Assembly: GCA_012295275.1 (NCBI GenBank)
Contig: CM022675.1
Span: 1,426,001-1,490,000, forward strand
Reading direction: 5' to 3'
From: Chrysomallon squamiferum
Taxonomy: Eukaryota > Animalia > Mollusca
Length of the DNA: 64,000 bases
Position numbers and translations under genes: made by a program. The notes below the pieces were generated by a model. The model saw only the letters and a list, made by a program, of their open reading frames with translations, did not search any database and was not told where the DNA came from. Positions 1-24,455 of the stretch are shown here, one piece after another (within the stretch, counting starts at the first letter, position 1; each line of letters begins with the position of its first letter).

Positions 1-380
1 TGTTATATATGTACATGAAATATAAGAGGAAGGAGGAAGAAAAACAACAACAACAAAAAAACAATAAACAAACAAACATGAAAAACCCAAATAAAACAAA
101 GAGACAAAGACTAAAACAAAATCTGAACATTACAAACTTGTGTCCAATGTCATAGAAGTAATAATGTATATATTTTTAAAATTACCGTAAACCAAACAAA
201 TTAAGCTGTAGAAAGCAAACCGGCGAGCAAATAAATAAATAAATCAATAAATAAAGAAAAAAAGAAATTAATACATAAAATAAATAAAATCAAAAAATAA
301 AACGAATAAAAGTAATTGTAATAATAACAATAATACTTTAAAAAGAAAGCAATTAAAACAAAAAATTAATAATAATAACA

Positions 381-428
<48 letters not shown>

Positions 429-632
429 TCAAGAAATGAGAATAAAGTAAGAAATGAAAATAAAAACAGAATAATTATGAAAGCGTTATAATATTAGGCA
501 AATCTTCTAAAGCAGAAATAACTTTAATAAAATGTTATGTAAAATTCAAAACAGTTTCCAACTTCAGTTTGCTACTGAAATGTGAAATATTTGTCAGGGT
601 AACTAAATGTGATGTTTGTTGACATCTTCCTT

Positions 633-10772
<10,140 letters not shown>

Positions 10773-10917
10773 CTTAAAACAAAATTTAATATTTGTGATT
10801 CTGAAACGTTTTAACATTTTCATACCATCTTTAAAAATAAAAATAATAATAATAGTATCAATAATAATTTTTTTTATAAAAATAATAATAGTAGTAATAG
10901 TAGTAGTAGTAGTAGTA

Positions 10918-10963
<46 letters not shown>

Positions 10964-11069
10964 GAAGAAGGAGACCTTTGACCTAATGTGTAATTAAGTA
11001 ATTATGTGATAATCAGTGACTACAAGTACTTCTTTTCATATAAACATTTAATATTTTTAAAAATTACGT

Positions 11070-11269
11070 NNNNNNNNNNNNNNNNNNNNNNNNNNNNNNN
11101 NNNNNNNNNNNNNNNNNNNNNNNNNNNNNNNNNNNNNNNNNNNNNNNNNNNNNNNNNNNNNNNNNNNNNNNNNNNNNNNNNNNNNNNNNNNNNNNNNNNN
11201 NNNNNNNNNNNNNNNNNNNNNNNNNNNNNNNNNNNNNNNNNNNNNNNNNNNNNNNNNNNNNNNNNNNNN
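11070..11269. other. Assembly gap (200 N)
   Basis: Flanks match 29888 and 35117 of the duplicated unit, implying about 5.2 kb hidden, including G1 coding exons 1-2. Confidence 0.95.
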
Positions 11270-12285
11270 AGATATCAATAATATTAAATTATTTCAACTC
11301 AAGCTGCCTATGAATGGGTTTTACTTTTTTTTTTTTCTAGGACGCAAAAACAAAGTGTATTATATAATTCTGACCAGATTGCTTATATCATCTCTTATGT
11401 TGAGTTGTTTTACCTTTCAAGTACGTAGGCTGATATGTTTGTAAACTAATGCAAAATAAGATTTGAAATTAGAAAAATACTTTCATAAACTATTAAAATA
11501 ATGACAAGGAGAATAAATGAAAACCAAAGAATGTTTGGGAACTCATAATGCTTCTAATTTGGAAGGAAAATGTCATGAAATATTTTCTAATATATACAAA
11601 TATTAATTTACTGCATGACATCAGTTCTGTAAATTATATAGTGGTACACACTTTATTGAAATTAATATGGAAAACATTTTTGTTTTTGGATACCTAAAAG
11701 TGCATCTGTGACAGTATTGATAAATGATACAGATCATATATATTACAATAGCTTAATACAATAATTACACAACATTTAAATAAAGTCGCTTTGCATTTTT
11801 GTATCAAGCGTAGTGATGTTATCACTTGCGTGGCGAATTTATATGTGTTGTCTCTAATCTTAGAAGATATTTCTAGCAAATAAATAAACCGTGCACGCGT
11901 TTAAGTCAACACTACAGAAATATATATTAGACTGCACTTTTTAGTTTTACGATAAATTAAAACTAGATTGCTGAACGCAAGTTAAACGTAAAACAGAGTA
12001 TATTTACTTTCTTAATAAAATAAAATAGAAGAAAATAGAAGAAAATTATAAAAATAAATAAATAAATAAATAAAAATAAAATAGATATTAAACGATAATT
12101 ATAACAATAACATCAAAAATAATATCGCTTGATTCGAATATTATTAAAAAGGTTAATTTGTGAAAATTAATAGCCTCTTAAAATAAATATAATATAATAT
12201 AATATAATATAATATAATATAATATAATACAATATTGTACAGAAAATACATACATATTAACTGAAGCAAAGTAACTTGAACCTAC

Positions 12286-12364
12286 CTCGTTTCTTGTGAC
12301 ACTCAGAAATGAATCTTTGTCCTCACTTACACAGTTCAGTGTGTTTAGAATAAAACATAAAACT
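12286..12364 (-). other. Putative non-coding first (5'UTR) exon of G1
   Basis: Ends at GAG|GTAGGT donor; conserved at 36166-36244 and, as an isolated island, at 63761-63812. Confidence 0.65.
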
Positions 12365-12395
12365 GCATCTCACGATGCGTTTTGCTGTATTTATA
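12361..12395 (-). promoter_or_regulatory. Core promoter of G1: TATA box and Inr-like GCAGTT
   Basis: TATAAATA at 12395-12388, 31 nt upstream of the A of GCAGTT (12364). Confidence 0.6.
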
Positions 12396-12486
12396 TGGTA
12401 AGGACAAAGAAACCATCCTGTCCAATGAATAACTGCTTTTTAGTATTGCATCATACATGAGCTGTATGTTTCTTCAAACTTATTAC

Positions 12487-12547
<61 letters not shown>

Positions 12548-12640
12548 TTGTTTATTTATTTATTATAATTATTTACTTTTAAGTATATATCTTTATGGTG
12601 TGTGTATATGTCTGTGTGTGCAAAATTAGATAATACAAAC

Positions 12641-12738
<98 letters not shown>

Positions 12739-13717
12739 CCTCTCTCCCTCATTCTCTCTCTGTATGTCTATGTGTGTGTCTGTGTGTCTTTCTGAATACT
12801 TAATCATTTTTTTATTTGGTTTTTTATTTACTTATTGCCTTTTTGCATAATTTTATATATTTAATTATTTTTTATTTGCTATGCATTTACTTGTCTAATA
12901 TTTTTCTTTCGCAGTTTTAACGTAATTTCTGTTTAGTGTTAATGATAAGTTTATTTTTTTATTTATTTATTAAATTATTTATTTATTCATTTATTTGTTT
13001 ATTTATTTGCTGCTACATGAGTGTCTGCTCACTGAATATAATTTTATTAACGTGTAGTTGGGTGTATTTATCTATATACGCATATGTATGTGCGTGCGTG
13101 TTTTGTTTATTTATCTATCTTATTTAATTGCATTTACTTGTTTGTTACATTGTTTGTGTTTGTTATCTTTTATTATTATTAATTTATTTCTTCACTTAGT
13201 TATTTATTAATTTATTTATTATAATTTTGTTCTTTGATTCCTTTTGTGTTTGTGTTTGTGTGTGTGTATGTGAGAGAATTATTTCGTTAGCGATATCATT
13301 TATTTATTTAAAATTTAAATTTTGTGTCTTTGTTTGCTTGTGCGTTTGCTGTTTATATCTTTAACTGAATATTTACAAGAAAAAATAAATATTTTAATAA
13401 TATACCGGTTTTGTACAAGAAAATGGAATGCTGACAAAATTTAAATAAAACTGATATAATACGTATTGTGATGTGCTATTGTACTGTGAAGTGAGATAGA
13501 ATATATCACTGTAGAGTTTGGTTGTCTGACAGGAGGTTGTGTTTGAGGTGTTTCCTCCATGTTAGTCATGCTCAGTTTTACTCGTTCAAACATACTGGAG
13601 GAAATAAATTTTAAAACTTTCGTGAAAATATTGTTCATTAGGTTAAGAAAGAATCACAACTTCATGATGGTATTTATGAAGAACGATGACTAAATGTTCA
13701 GTGACAAAAGTAAAACA

Positions 13718-13920
13718 GGTTGTCTTGATGGTCGAATGGTATCGTCTTCAGACTTCGGAGTTTGGGTGAATGGGTGTCATAGGTTCGAATCTCGTCAGCA
13801 GCATCTGACGGGGTTGGTGAGTTCGTATTTAGACTTTATCCTGTGTCAGTGCGTACGCGAATATTGTCTATGTGTCATGTATAATGAGAAGTAAATAAGG
13901 CAGACCACTACACGTAAGTT
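13718..13920 (+). mobile_element. tRNA-derived SINE-like element
   Basis: Pol III A box TGGTCGAATGG (13729-13739) and B box GGTTCGAATC (13782-13791); no complete cloverleaf; copies at 37548 and, inverted and truncated, ending at 33473. Confidence 0.6.
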
Positions 13921-14569
13921 CGGTTTGCATAGCTATATACAAATACATATATATAGATACATACATGCATACAGATAAAAACATGCACACGCAGGTACAT
14001 GCAAGCATGGATACATTCACATACATGCACTGCTTTTATCACACTGTTGCTAATTACAATGTAATACAAATGTTACACGTCTAAAAAGAAAGAACACTTC
14101 ATTTAAAATCCACGCTTCAGTTAACATTTAACAACTGTGGGAGCGACGGTGCAAAATACAGTGCACTGACGATGAAATGCTTGAAAAAAAAAGAAACATA
14201 ATTATACATACATAAATATATATGAATTGTTTTTATCAGAGTCTTGCTAAAATGTTACTCATACAAATGTTAGACTTGAAAGTCAAAGCAGACTTTTAGT
14301 TACTGAGTACAACTGATCTAACACTAACAAAACTAGGAGCTACTATATAATATACAGTACACCGATTTCCAATTAACTGTTCTTAAAAAACACACACACA
14401 CACACACTTATCAGAGAATTGCTTGAAAGAAAGATAATTATATACATCGTATTTGCTTTTATCGTTCTGTTGCTTATAAGTCAATGAGAGCGAATTGTAG
14501 ACATTTTTACTTACTGTCAACACTTTAGTTAATGTTAACAATGGTGGGTGTTACTATATAGTACGGTAT

Positions 14570-14707
<138 letters not shown>

Positions 14708-14857
14708 ATTTATTTCCTACTTTGATAACCGGAGGTCAACGCTAGTTGTCGCCAACGTATAAAGAAGAAGCATACCATCAAATTTAGATAACAAGAAAAT
14801 GTATATTGATTTCTTTTTTTATTTCTTTATTTCTTCTTCTTCTTCTAATGATTTTTG

Positions 14858-14889
<32 letters not shown>

Positions 14890-14928
14890 GTACCAGTAAT
14901 AATAATAATAATAATAATAATAGTAATA

Positions 14929-14970
<42 letters not shown>

Positions 14971-15732
14971 GATATCATTATTATTATTATTATCATTATT
15001 ATTGTTATTATCATCAATATTTTGAATCATTTATTAGACTTTTCGTTTTTATGAATCATGGAATGAAACGGAATTTAAATTCCTTTGATAAAATCTTTTG
15101 CAATTTCAACATTCATCTGAACTTTTGTTTTTTGACAATTATTATTCATTATGTATTTCAGCACTTTAGAAAATAAATGAAATGGATAGCTGGTGTAGTA
15201 GTAGGTAGAACTATATTTATTGTGTTAAAATGAGAGGTGCAACATCTGTTATATTTAACAGTGTGTGTATATACACATGTATTTAATTTGTACTGTATTG
15301 CTTACATTTTTGTACTTACTTAATTTTATTGTTTCACCGTTTGCTTTTCTCTGTTTTCTGTTTCTATATTTATTTGAATAATTTCAGAACAATGTAGCTA
15401 AAAAGCTAATGACAGAAATTTTAGAGATTCAAAGAGAAACATGACTTTTATTTACTATCCACACATCAGTTAAGAATAAGAAACTGGGAGTTACTATATA
15501 ATTGATTTTCAATGAAATGCACTTAGTATATATATATTAACATATAATTATGGACGTTTCGATATTAAGACCGCGTATGACAAAAAAGGAGCATTCTAAG
15601 TTTGTTATTACAATGTAAAAGTCAGAGTGTATCACTGAACACTTTACTTGTCTGAGAGGAAATTACGTTTTCAGATGTTTCGTCAATGCTAGTCACTTTG
15701 TTTTTTTCAACTGGTTTTCAGTTAAGACTTCT

Positions 15733-15798
<66 letters not shown>

Positions 15799-17035
15799 AC
15801 ACACACACACAGAGAGAGGAACAGGCGGGCAAACACATTAAATCACTGGTACGTTTCGATAATTAGAAGGCAAACGAGATAAGACTTAGAAACTCCCAAC
15901 CCAAAAACTGAAGGGAAATGTAATTGTACATACAATGTACGTATGCATTGCTTTTATCGCAGTGTTGCTAAAAAGTTAATGATAGAAATTTGTGAGATTC
16001 AAAGAGAAATATGACTTTTATTTACTGTCCACACCTCAGTTAACATTAACAAACTGGGAGTTACTATATAATACAGAGTACATTGATTTTCAATTAACTG
16101 CACTTTGTATATATATGTATGGACCTTTCGATATTAAGACCTCGTACGAGAAAAAAAAAAAAAAAAAAAAATTATAGTAATAATAATAGAATAACTTAAA
16201 AATAACAAATGTGTGGAAGAAATGGCTTAAATGTGTTAACTAAAATAATTATACATACATCAGTTAACATTAACAAAACCGGGGTTTGCTTTTCAGTATA
16301 CACTGCTTTCATTTTCAGTTAGCTGCACTTAATATTTTTAACAGCATTCTTACGTTTCAGTGTATGAGAACGATTTTAATAAACAAAAACACACACACAC
16401 AGACACTTATCAGAGAGTGACTGAAAAGAAGGGAAATATAGTCATATACATTGTATGCGCTTTTTGCTTATAAGACATTGAAAGAACACCTTTATTTACT
16501 TTCAACACTTTACTTAACATTAACAATAGTTGGTGTTACTATGTAGTATAGTACATTGATTTTGAAATAACTGCACTTAATATATATATATATATATATA
16601 GATACGTACATACACATATACATATAGGTTTCGATATAAAGGCAACGGATGAAAAAATATTTATTATTATTATTATTACTTTTATTATTATTATTTTGTT
16701 TTGCGTTTATTTTTATTTTTTTTAATGATTTATTTTTTGAGTGTTTCTATTTTTATTATGTTTGTTTTGTTTTTGTCTGTGTTGCAGTACATGTGTGTGA
16801 AGAATAATAATAAAATATTAATAATAATACATTAAAAATAAATAAATAAATAAAAATAAAAATAAAAATGAAAACAAATTGAAAGGAGAAGAAATAGAAA
16901 AACGATTTTTCTGATATTAATATATATAATTTCACCAAATTGATAGTAAAATAAAAGTTCAGTAACCGTTATGGAATGCTTTCTCCCGTCATTACTTGCC
17001 TATGGAATCAGGTAAAAGTAATATTAGTAAATAAA

Positions 17036-17112
<77 letters not shown>

Positions 17113-18947
17113 GTAATAATAATAATTAGAAGATTAATGTCGCAGTAGTGGCCATCTTAATTGTATAATTATTTGCTTGCTTGTTCGTGATTTATTTCTT
17201 TGTTTATTTAATGTTTGTTTAATCATTGATTTCTGTTTATTTTTACATTTCTCATTATAGTCTTAAGTTGTATTCATTCAGTCTAAATTGTTTAGAAATG
17301 AAGAAAACAAGAAGAAAATGACGATGCTAATGGCAACAAGAATGTCCTGACGTAACTTTGTTAGTAAAGATTACGTACTACTGTTAATGATCGCTACATA
17401 GTGATAATATTTGTTACACGTCACTTGACCAGAATGGAAGCGATTTCTGACATGTTTCCATGTCTTATGACGTAAGTTTGTGTAATGACACCTGCGAATT
17501 TTTAATAAATAAAATAGGATAACTTTCACTACTGATGTTGCTCGTGCAAACCGGAAGCTTTCCAAATCTCTTCACAATGTGTTTCACTTTCAGCAAATTC
17601 GCGGTAAATTTAAATTTGAAAATACACAAGACCGCCGAATAGAATGTATTTTAATTTTAATTTTGTTTTAAACATTGACTTAGTATTATTTTTACCAGGG
17701 GTAAACACAGGGATTGTATATGAAACAAAACATAAATGTAATTTCTTCAGATTAAAAAAGCAGAATATTTTTATTCATACATACTTCTTATATGGCTTCC
17801 TCGCGTTAAAAGCAATTCATCAGATTATGTCACTTACACACCTACACCCATTCAGACCTGCACACCCTCAAACACACCAACACACCCCCAAACACCCCAA
17901 ACACCCCCACATGCCCCACACAGACCAGTATTCTTCGACCTGAATACGTTTTAAGTCTGCAAGATATGTAAAATGAACTGTCAGACTCCTGTACAAGAAA
18001 TAAAACAAAACTCATCAAATTATTTTGCTAGAAGCTTTATTCAAATTATTGCGGATATAAAGAAGAAAAAAGAAAGAAGAAAAAAGAGGTTCATTAATAT
18101 ATTGTAGTTAAAACCAAATGTAAAGCAAATGTAAAATAAAATAATAATTAAAAAAAAAAAAAAACACCCCAAAACCCCACTAAATTAAATTTAATATATT
18201 CAGTAAATTTTAGTAGAAAAAAAACACCCAATAAATAACTAATAAATAAAAGAAATAAACAATGAAAAGAGGTATCGGTAAGTAAGTAAATAAGTAAATA
18301 AGAAAATAAATAAATAAATAAATGATAAATAAAACTATGATGGATGCCAATAAAGCGAAACAAGACAAAAAGTAAGATTCCGAATAAATACATAAACAAT
18401 TATTTAAGGAAACCCAAACCATTGTAAAAACATAATATAATCAGTTTAATATTTTCAGTTACTACGCAGTAATAATATAAATAAAAATTCCAACACCAAC
18501 AACTAACTTTAAGTGCATTTAGAAATGTTCTGATAATGTATTATTATATAAATATACTAGTATCGTAAACAACAGAAAATATCAAATTTACCGAAATAAA
18601 AGAAAAAAACAACAAATAAAAAGTTTATGTTTTTAATTTAAAATTTGTATTTAAAATTTTTATTCTTCTTCTTATCATCATTTTCTTCTTATAATAATAA
18701 TAGTTATAGTTGTTGTTGTTGTTGTTGTTATTATTATTATTAGTAGTAGTATTTAGCTTTTTTTTACCATGTTGCACTTGATTTCTAAATATTTGCAACT
18801 AGAAATTTACAGCTGATTTATTAGTTTATGTTACAGAAAACCTTTAACGTATTATTTTTGTTTTCATAATCAGGTATATTACATGTCTGAATACTAAATA
18901 TCATATATTTATATTATATAATAAATATAAGAGTAAGGAAGAAGAAG

Positions 18948-18997
<50 letters not shown>

Positions 18998-19295
18998 AAG
19001 AACAAAGAGACAAAGACAAAAACAAAATCAGAACATTACGAAGTTGTGTCCAATGTCATAGAAGTAATAATGTATACTTATTTAAAATTTCCGTAAAGTA
19101 AACAAACTAACAATAGCTCTATAAATGAGAATAAAATAAAGAATAACACTGAAAACAGTAATAATTACGAAAGCGTTATAAGCTTAGTCAAATGTTCTAA
19201 AGCAAAAATAATTTAAGTAAAAAGCTTTATAAAATTCAAAAGAGTTTTTTAACTTCAGTTTGCTACTACAGTATGTGAAATGTTTGTCAGGTTAA

Positions 19296-19465
19296 CTAAA
19301 TCTGGTGTTTGTTGACATCTTCCTTCTTCTGATTGGACTTTTTCTTCCTCAGGAAGACGACCACCACAATCCCAATGACAAGTGAGAAGATGATCACCAT
19401 AACAACACAGAGAACAATCAGAATCGTGTTGTTGACATCAACTTGATCAGATCCATGTTTTTTAC
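19296..19465 (-). CDS. G2 TM and tail exon
   Basis: [55 protein letters not shown]. Confidence 0.87.
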
Positions 19466-19616
19466 CTAGAATGAAGTAAGATTTTAAATATCACATGCTT
19501 GTTTTTTTTCTTGTAACTAATATCTATTAAAGAAAATCTGCATTCAGAAAACTAATCACGAATATGAGTTAAGTTGAAGAAAACAAATTACTGCTACAGA
19601 TCTGACATAAACTCAC

Positions 19617-19734
19617 TTGGTGTTCGATCTTCCACCAACACATCCAGAACAGAAAATGTTTTTCTCACAAGTTCATCAGACGTTTCAGCCGATCTTCGTT
19701 TTCTTCCAAACCCTTTCTTGCCATTGCAGTCCAC
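19617..19734 (-). CDS. G2 furin/EHP exon
   Basis: VDCNGKKGFGRKRRSAETSDELVRKTFSVLDVLVEDRTP. Confidence 0.88.
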
Positions 19735-19958
19735 CTGACATTGAAAATTTCTGTGTGAAAATTTTAACTCAAACTATAATGTAATTGTGTCATTTTTTTA
19801 TTCTATAGGAAAAGTTAACTGTGTCTCTTTGTTGAAAGATGAAATACAGAAAGTACGACTACTTGATAAACAATAATATTATAAAAAATAATAATATTAA
19901 TAATAATACTAATAAATAATAACAATCAAATTTAAAAATATAAAAACAGACGAAGAAT

Positions 19959-20019
<61 letters not shown>

Positions 20020-20070
20020 ACTATGAACAAAATAACAGAAAACAGTGACAACAGAAATGATAAAACTTAC

Positions 20071-20236
20071 TGGGTCACACAGAGATTTTTGATCTGGAGG
20101 ACAAACTTTGACAGAACATTCTGTAGAGACTGCGTTGTTTTTGTTAAAGGTGAAAGCTTTCAACTTGAATGTGACGTTGTTTCCTGATCTTTCAGGCTCC
20201 TGTATCATCAGTTTACCGATCTCAGAAGACGGGCAG
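20071..20236 (-). CDS. G2 ZP-C exon b
   Basis: CPSSEIGK...FKLKAFTF...[17 protein letters not shown]. Confidence 0.88.
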
Positions 20237-20636
20237 CTGAGTAAAGGAACCAAATTTTCCAGTAATCAGCACCAAATATAATTCTTCTTTAATTATTTGA
20301 TTTCCACTGAAACATCAGTGCCTGGTTGTATAATTAAAACTTTCTGAGAGGGTGTCAAATTGATGACTAGATAATTAATTACAAAACATGGATCCACTTT
20401 CTTTTCAGAATATATTAATAATGTTCGTTTTTAGAGTGGCTGAAATGTATCAAAATTGTTTAATTATATTAAATAACTAACAACAAGTATACACCGTTTA
20501 CTCAGATATAATTATGACATTTAAAAAAAAATATTTTCAGAAATAATGAGTCCCTCTCGAGTTAAAAACCAACTTATTTAGGTGTTTGACTGAACGGAAA
20601 TTCTAAGAAATAAATGTGCTAAAATGAAAGTATTAC

Positions 20637-20730
20637 CTGTTTTCAATGATTTTCAGAGTTTCACTGTCTTCTCCAGTTTTCTGATTATCAGCAGTACATG
20701 ACTCCACTCTGACAGTGCCTGTTTCTGGTT
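20637..20730 (-). CDS. G2 ZP-C exon a
   Basis: [30 protein letters not shown]; alternative in-frame acceptor at 20736. Confidence 0.83.
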
Positions 20731-21165
20731 CTGTTTCTAATATATTACAATAATACTGCTTGTCAAAGTTGTTATTTAAAACAAAATTATATTCTTTGCT
20801 ATGAGTAGTAATCAAAACTATGATACAACTGTGGAGTTAAATATAATGTTTTTTTAGAAATTCCTTTTGCAGGTTAATATATAAGTAACTTTTAATACTA
20901 CTCAAAGTAACATTCATTCATTTATCATTTTATTTCATGTTAGAAAAAGATAATATTGGAGAAAAATAGTATTTTAGACAAGTTTAAAAATAATCTGGAG
21001 CATCAGAAAGCCTTAATATTTATTGATAGAGAGAACCAATTTTTAATAGAGTTTCTTTAGAAACAAATTTTAGTAAGAAACAAACAAGGTACAGCTCAAT
21101 AATCAGTGTAAAATGTGATTGCAGTAAAACTGATAATAATAAAATAGCGTCCGTGTCCATCAGAA

Positions 21166-21256
<91 letters not shown>

Positions 21257-21403
21257 CATCATCATCATAATAATAATGATAACTGTAATTAAAATAAAAG
21301 ATATAAAAAAGCTATAAACAAGTACAAAAATATATAAACGAATAAATATATAAATAAATAAATAAATAAGTAAAATAATAATAACAATAAGAACAACAAA
21401 AAC

Positions 21404-21453
<50 letters not shown>

Positions 21454-21622
21454 TAATAATAATCATCATCATCATAATAATAATGATAACTGTAATTAAA
21501 ATAAAAGATATAAAAAAGCTATAAACAAGTACAAAAATATATAAACGAATAAATATATAAATAAATAAATAAATAAGTAAAATAATAATAACAATAAGAA
21601 CAACAATAATAACAACAAAAAC

Positions 21623-21668
<46 letters not shown>

Positions 21669-21804
21669 TAAATAAATAAATAAATAAATAAATAGATAAA
21701 TAATTAATTTTTTTCAGTAGCACAGGTTGAAATTCATACATGTAGTGCCTAGCACAAAATTAGTAAAACTAGAAACGTAATAATTGACACAGGTTGACAG
21801 TTAC

Positions 21805-21971
21805 CAGCACATATCACACCAGCATCGTTTTCATGTTGACAGTCAAAGTTACCCCATTGAAAATTACACTGTTGAAGACTTGTTTCATTTCCCAAACAGT
21901 GAATATCACGAAGAATGATAGGTCCTGATCCTTCACCAAAATAAGAACTACCAACTGCTGTTGCATTTGAA
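21805..21971 (-). CDS. G2 SRCR4 second half
   Basis: [55 protein letters not shown]. Confidence 0.9.
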
Positions 21972-22358
21972 CTGTAAAACATAGGGGGTGGCATCTTCAA
22001 ATATGTAGTATTAATGTGCATATATCATGTTATATCTTAAAAATATATTTAAAAATTAAAATATTTTGTTTTCATTATAGTGGTTAATTATAAGCTAAAA
22101 ATAATAATATAAAAAGTTTAGATATATTATACTGGGACAGATTTTTAGGTGAAATTTTCAAGTTATTCTTTTTTTAAATTTATACTCCTAATTACTTTAA
22201 TTATTCACTAATATGATTATTCTGATAAGAATAAATAAATAAATAAATAAATAAATAATAAATAAATAAAAAATAAAAATAAATAACTATTATTAATTTA
22301 GTGAAACACGGTATTATGAAGTAAATAGCTATCATAATAAGCATTATTAATAACTTAC

Positions 22359-22515
22359 TTAGTGAAACCCAGCATTCTGCAGTAAACAGCTGCGTTGTAA
22401 TCAGTATGAAATTTATCACAGACTGTGCCCCACATTCCAAGATATTTAATCTCTACTCGACCTTCTCGTTCTGAACTGCCATTCACCAGACGAATCTTTA
22501 TCTGTTGATTATCTT
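22359..22515 (-). CDS. G2 SRCR4 first half
   Basis: [45 protein letters not shown]. Confidence 0.9.
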
Positions 22516-22672
22516 CTGAAAAAAAAATCTAGATTTTTCATAATGTCACAAAATATAACATGAAGGATATCAAAATATTTAACATCATTTATTTCTCTCT
22601 GTGTGTTATTCTGAGAACACAAATGAAAGATGAATGGTAGAAATAAACTGACTGTTATGTAAGACACGTTAC

Positions 22673-22842
22673 CTTCACACAGCAGAGCTAGAAACTTGTC
22701 ATGACTGGAATCTTCAATGTTAAAGTAACATTCTTTAAAGCTCTTTTCCAGTCCTGAACATTTTACTTCCGATATCCAACCTTTTGGGTTACTGGAAGTC
22801 AGATTAGTTTCAACCGATTCCACTAATACTGCTCCGTAACTT
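22673..22842 (-). CDS. G2 SRCR3 second half
   Basis: Matches G1 3871-4040. Confidence 0.86.
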
Positions 22843-23212
22843 CTTTAAAAATACAATTAAAAGAGATACATATTATATATATCTTATATAGTAAATAAAA
22901 CAATAAAAATAATAATATTATCTTTAAAGTTGTTCTTTTTCTTCTTCTTGTCATCCTCCTTTATTATTGTATTCAGTATTATTATAATATAAAAACAGAA
23001 GAAAACAAACTGATAAACTCATTGTCATCATATTATTAAACGGTTTTCGGGTTTTAAAATATCGCACATTCTTAATTACATTCTTTTATGTCACTCAGCA
23101 ACTAATTGTAATGTTGTTGTTTCTCTAGATTTTACTGTTATGATTATTTTCTCATTATGAGGAACTGATACACAGTTCCAGCTGGTACTTATCAGCTTCG
23201 ATATTGACTTAC

Positions 23213-23369
23213 TCGTTATATCCAAGTGTTCTGCACAAAACTTTAGCATCCGCGGGAGAAGGTCTCGAATCATAAAGTCTGCCCCACTCATTGTTTATTT
23301 TCACTTCAACGACACCGTAGTTACTGTCTGGACCATCAACTAGTCGTAATTCAATGTTTGATATGTTCA
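23213..23369 (-). CDS. G2 SRCR3 first half
   Basis: [27 protein letters not shown]...CRTLGYN. Confidence 0.88.
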
Positions 23370-23615
23370 CTACAAAATTAACATAAGAAATAAATAATAG
23401 AAAATAAAGTAAAATAATAGAAATCAGGAAAAAACAACATTAACCTTCATTTTCCTCTAAATCTGATTCTTCATGTAAACTCTATATTAATTTAGTGATT
23501 CCTTGCAAATTATACTCTAATCTGATATAAAAAAGCAAAATAAAATCATTAAATAAGAATATTAATTGAACATTCTGCATAATTTAAACTGAACTAGTGT
23601 TTTTAAAGTAAATAC

Positions 23616-23767
23616 CTGAACATTTGATTTGTACAGATTTACATCCAGAGTTTACATTGCGATGACCCAAAACACACAGATGAAGAGCAGGTTCATAACC
23701 TTTACATTTAACTTGATACATCCATATACCATCAACAACATCTTTACCAGGTAGATAGCTTTCGAGT
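23616..23767 (-). CDS. G2 SRCR2 second half
   Basis: Matches G1 4814-4965 (N to D change). Confidence 0.86.
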
Positions 23768-23824
23768 CTGTAAACACAAATAAAACGGTTATCTAATAAT
23801 ATAGATGACTGGAAGTAATGTTTT

Positions 23825-23969
<145 letters not shown>

Positions 23970-24298
23970 CCACTGCAAACTGCTAACACACGACTTCACT
24001 GGATAATATTTACGACACAATCATAAAACGATTTAAGAGCAGAACAGAAAATCTATATCTAACTGTTGATGATTTTGATGACAAACTGAACTTTGAAGAA
24101 AAATATTCTGTAACTATATGAGCATATATTATTATCTATATTATTAAATAAGCGTTTTAAACGGTTTCAACAATTACAACAACAACAAAATAATAATAAT
24201 AATAATTGTTCTTTATCAATATCGTTGACGTTGTTGTTATTATTATTACTATGCATATATTATACAAATTAACGGTGTTATTAGAGACGTTTACTGAC

Positions 24299-24455
24299 GC
24301 TGCATAGCCCAGTTGTCTGCATACAACACTTCCTAAGTCGTTGTCCGCAACTGTAGAACACACAGATTTCCATTTGTCATCATCAAATACTTGAAGTTTT
24401 CCTTCTTGCTCATTTGGCCCATCCACCAGTTTCAGTTTGTATGGTGCAGGGTTTT
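24299..24455 (-). CDS. G2 SRCR2 first half
   Basis: Matches G1 5458-5614. Confidence 0.88.

Noticed and set aside
11006-11281. ORFs spanning N runs (also 47921-48367)
   Set aside because: Artefacts of the assembly gaps.
13718-13805. Functional tRNA gene
   Set aside because: A and B boxes are present, but I cannot fold a proper acceptor or anticodon stem, and the sequence continues into a repeated body. It fits a SINE head better.
13441-13894. Conserved short ORFs 13441-13638 and 13694-13894 (repeated at 37145-37724)
   Set aside because: Their conservation is explained by the recent segmental duplication; they have no recognisable domain and the second overlaps the SINE.
18950-18996. Long poly(A) tract as a retrocopy tail
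   Set aside because: There is no adjacent processed-gene body or target-site duplication, and the paralogous site (about 42900-42935) is an interrupted A-rich tract.
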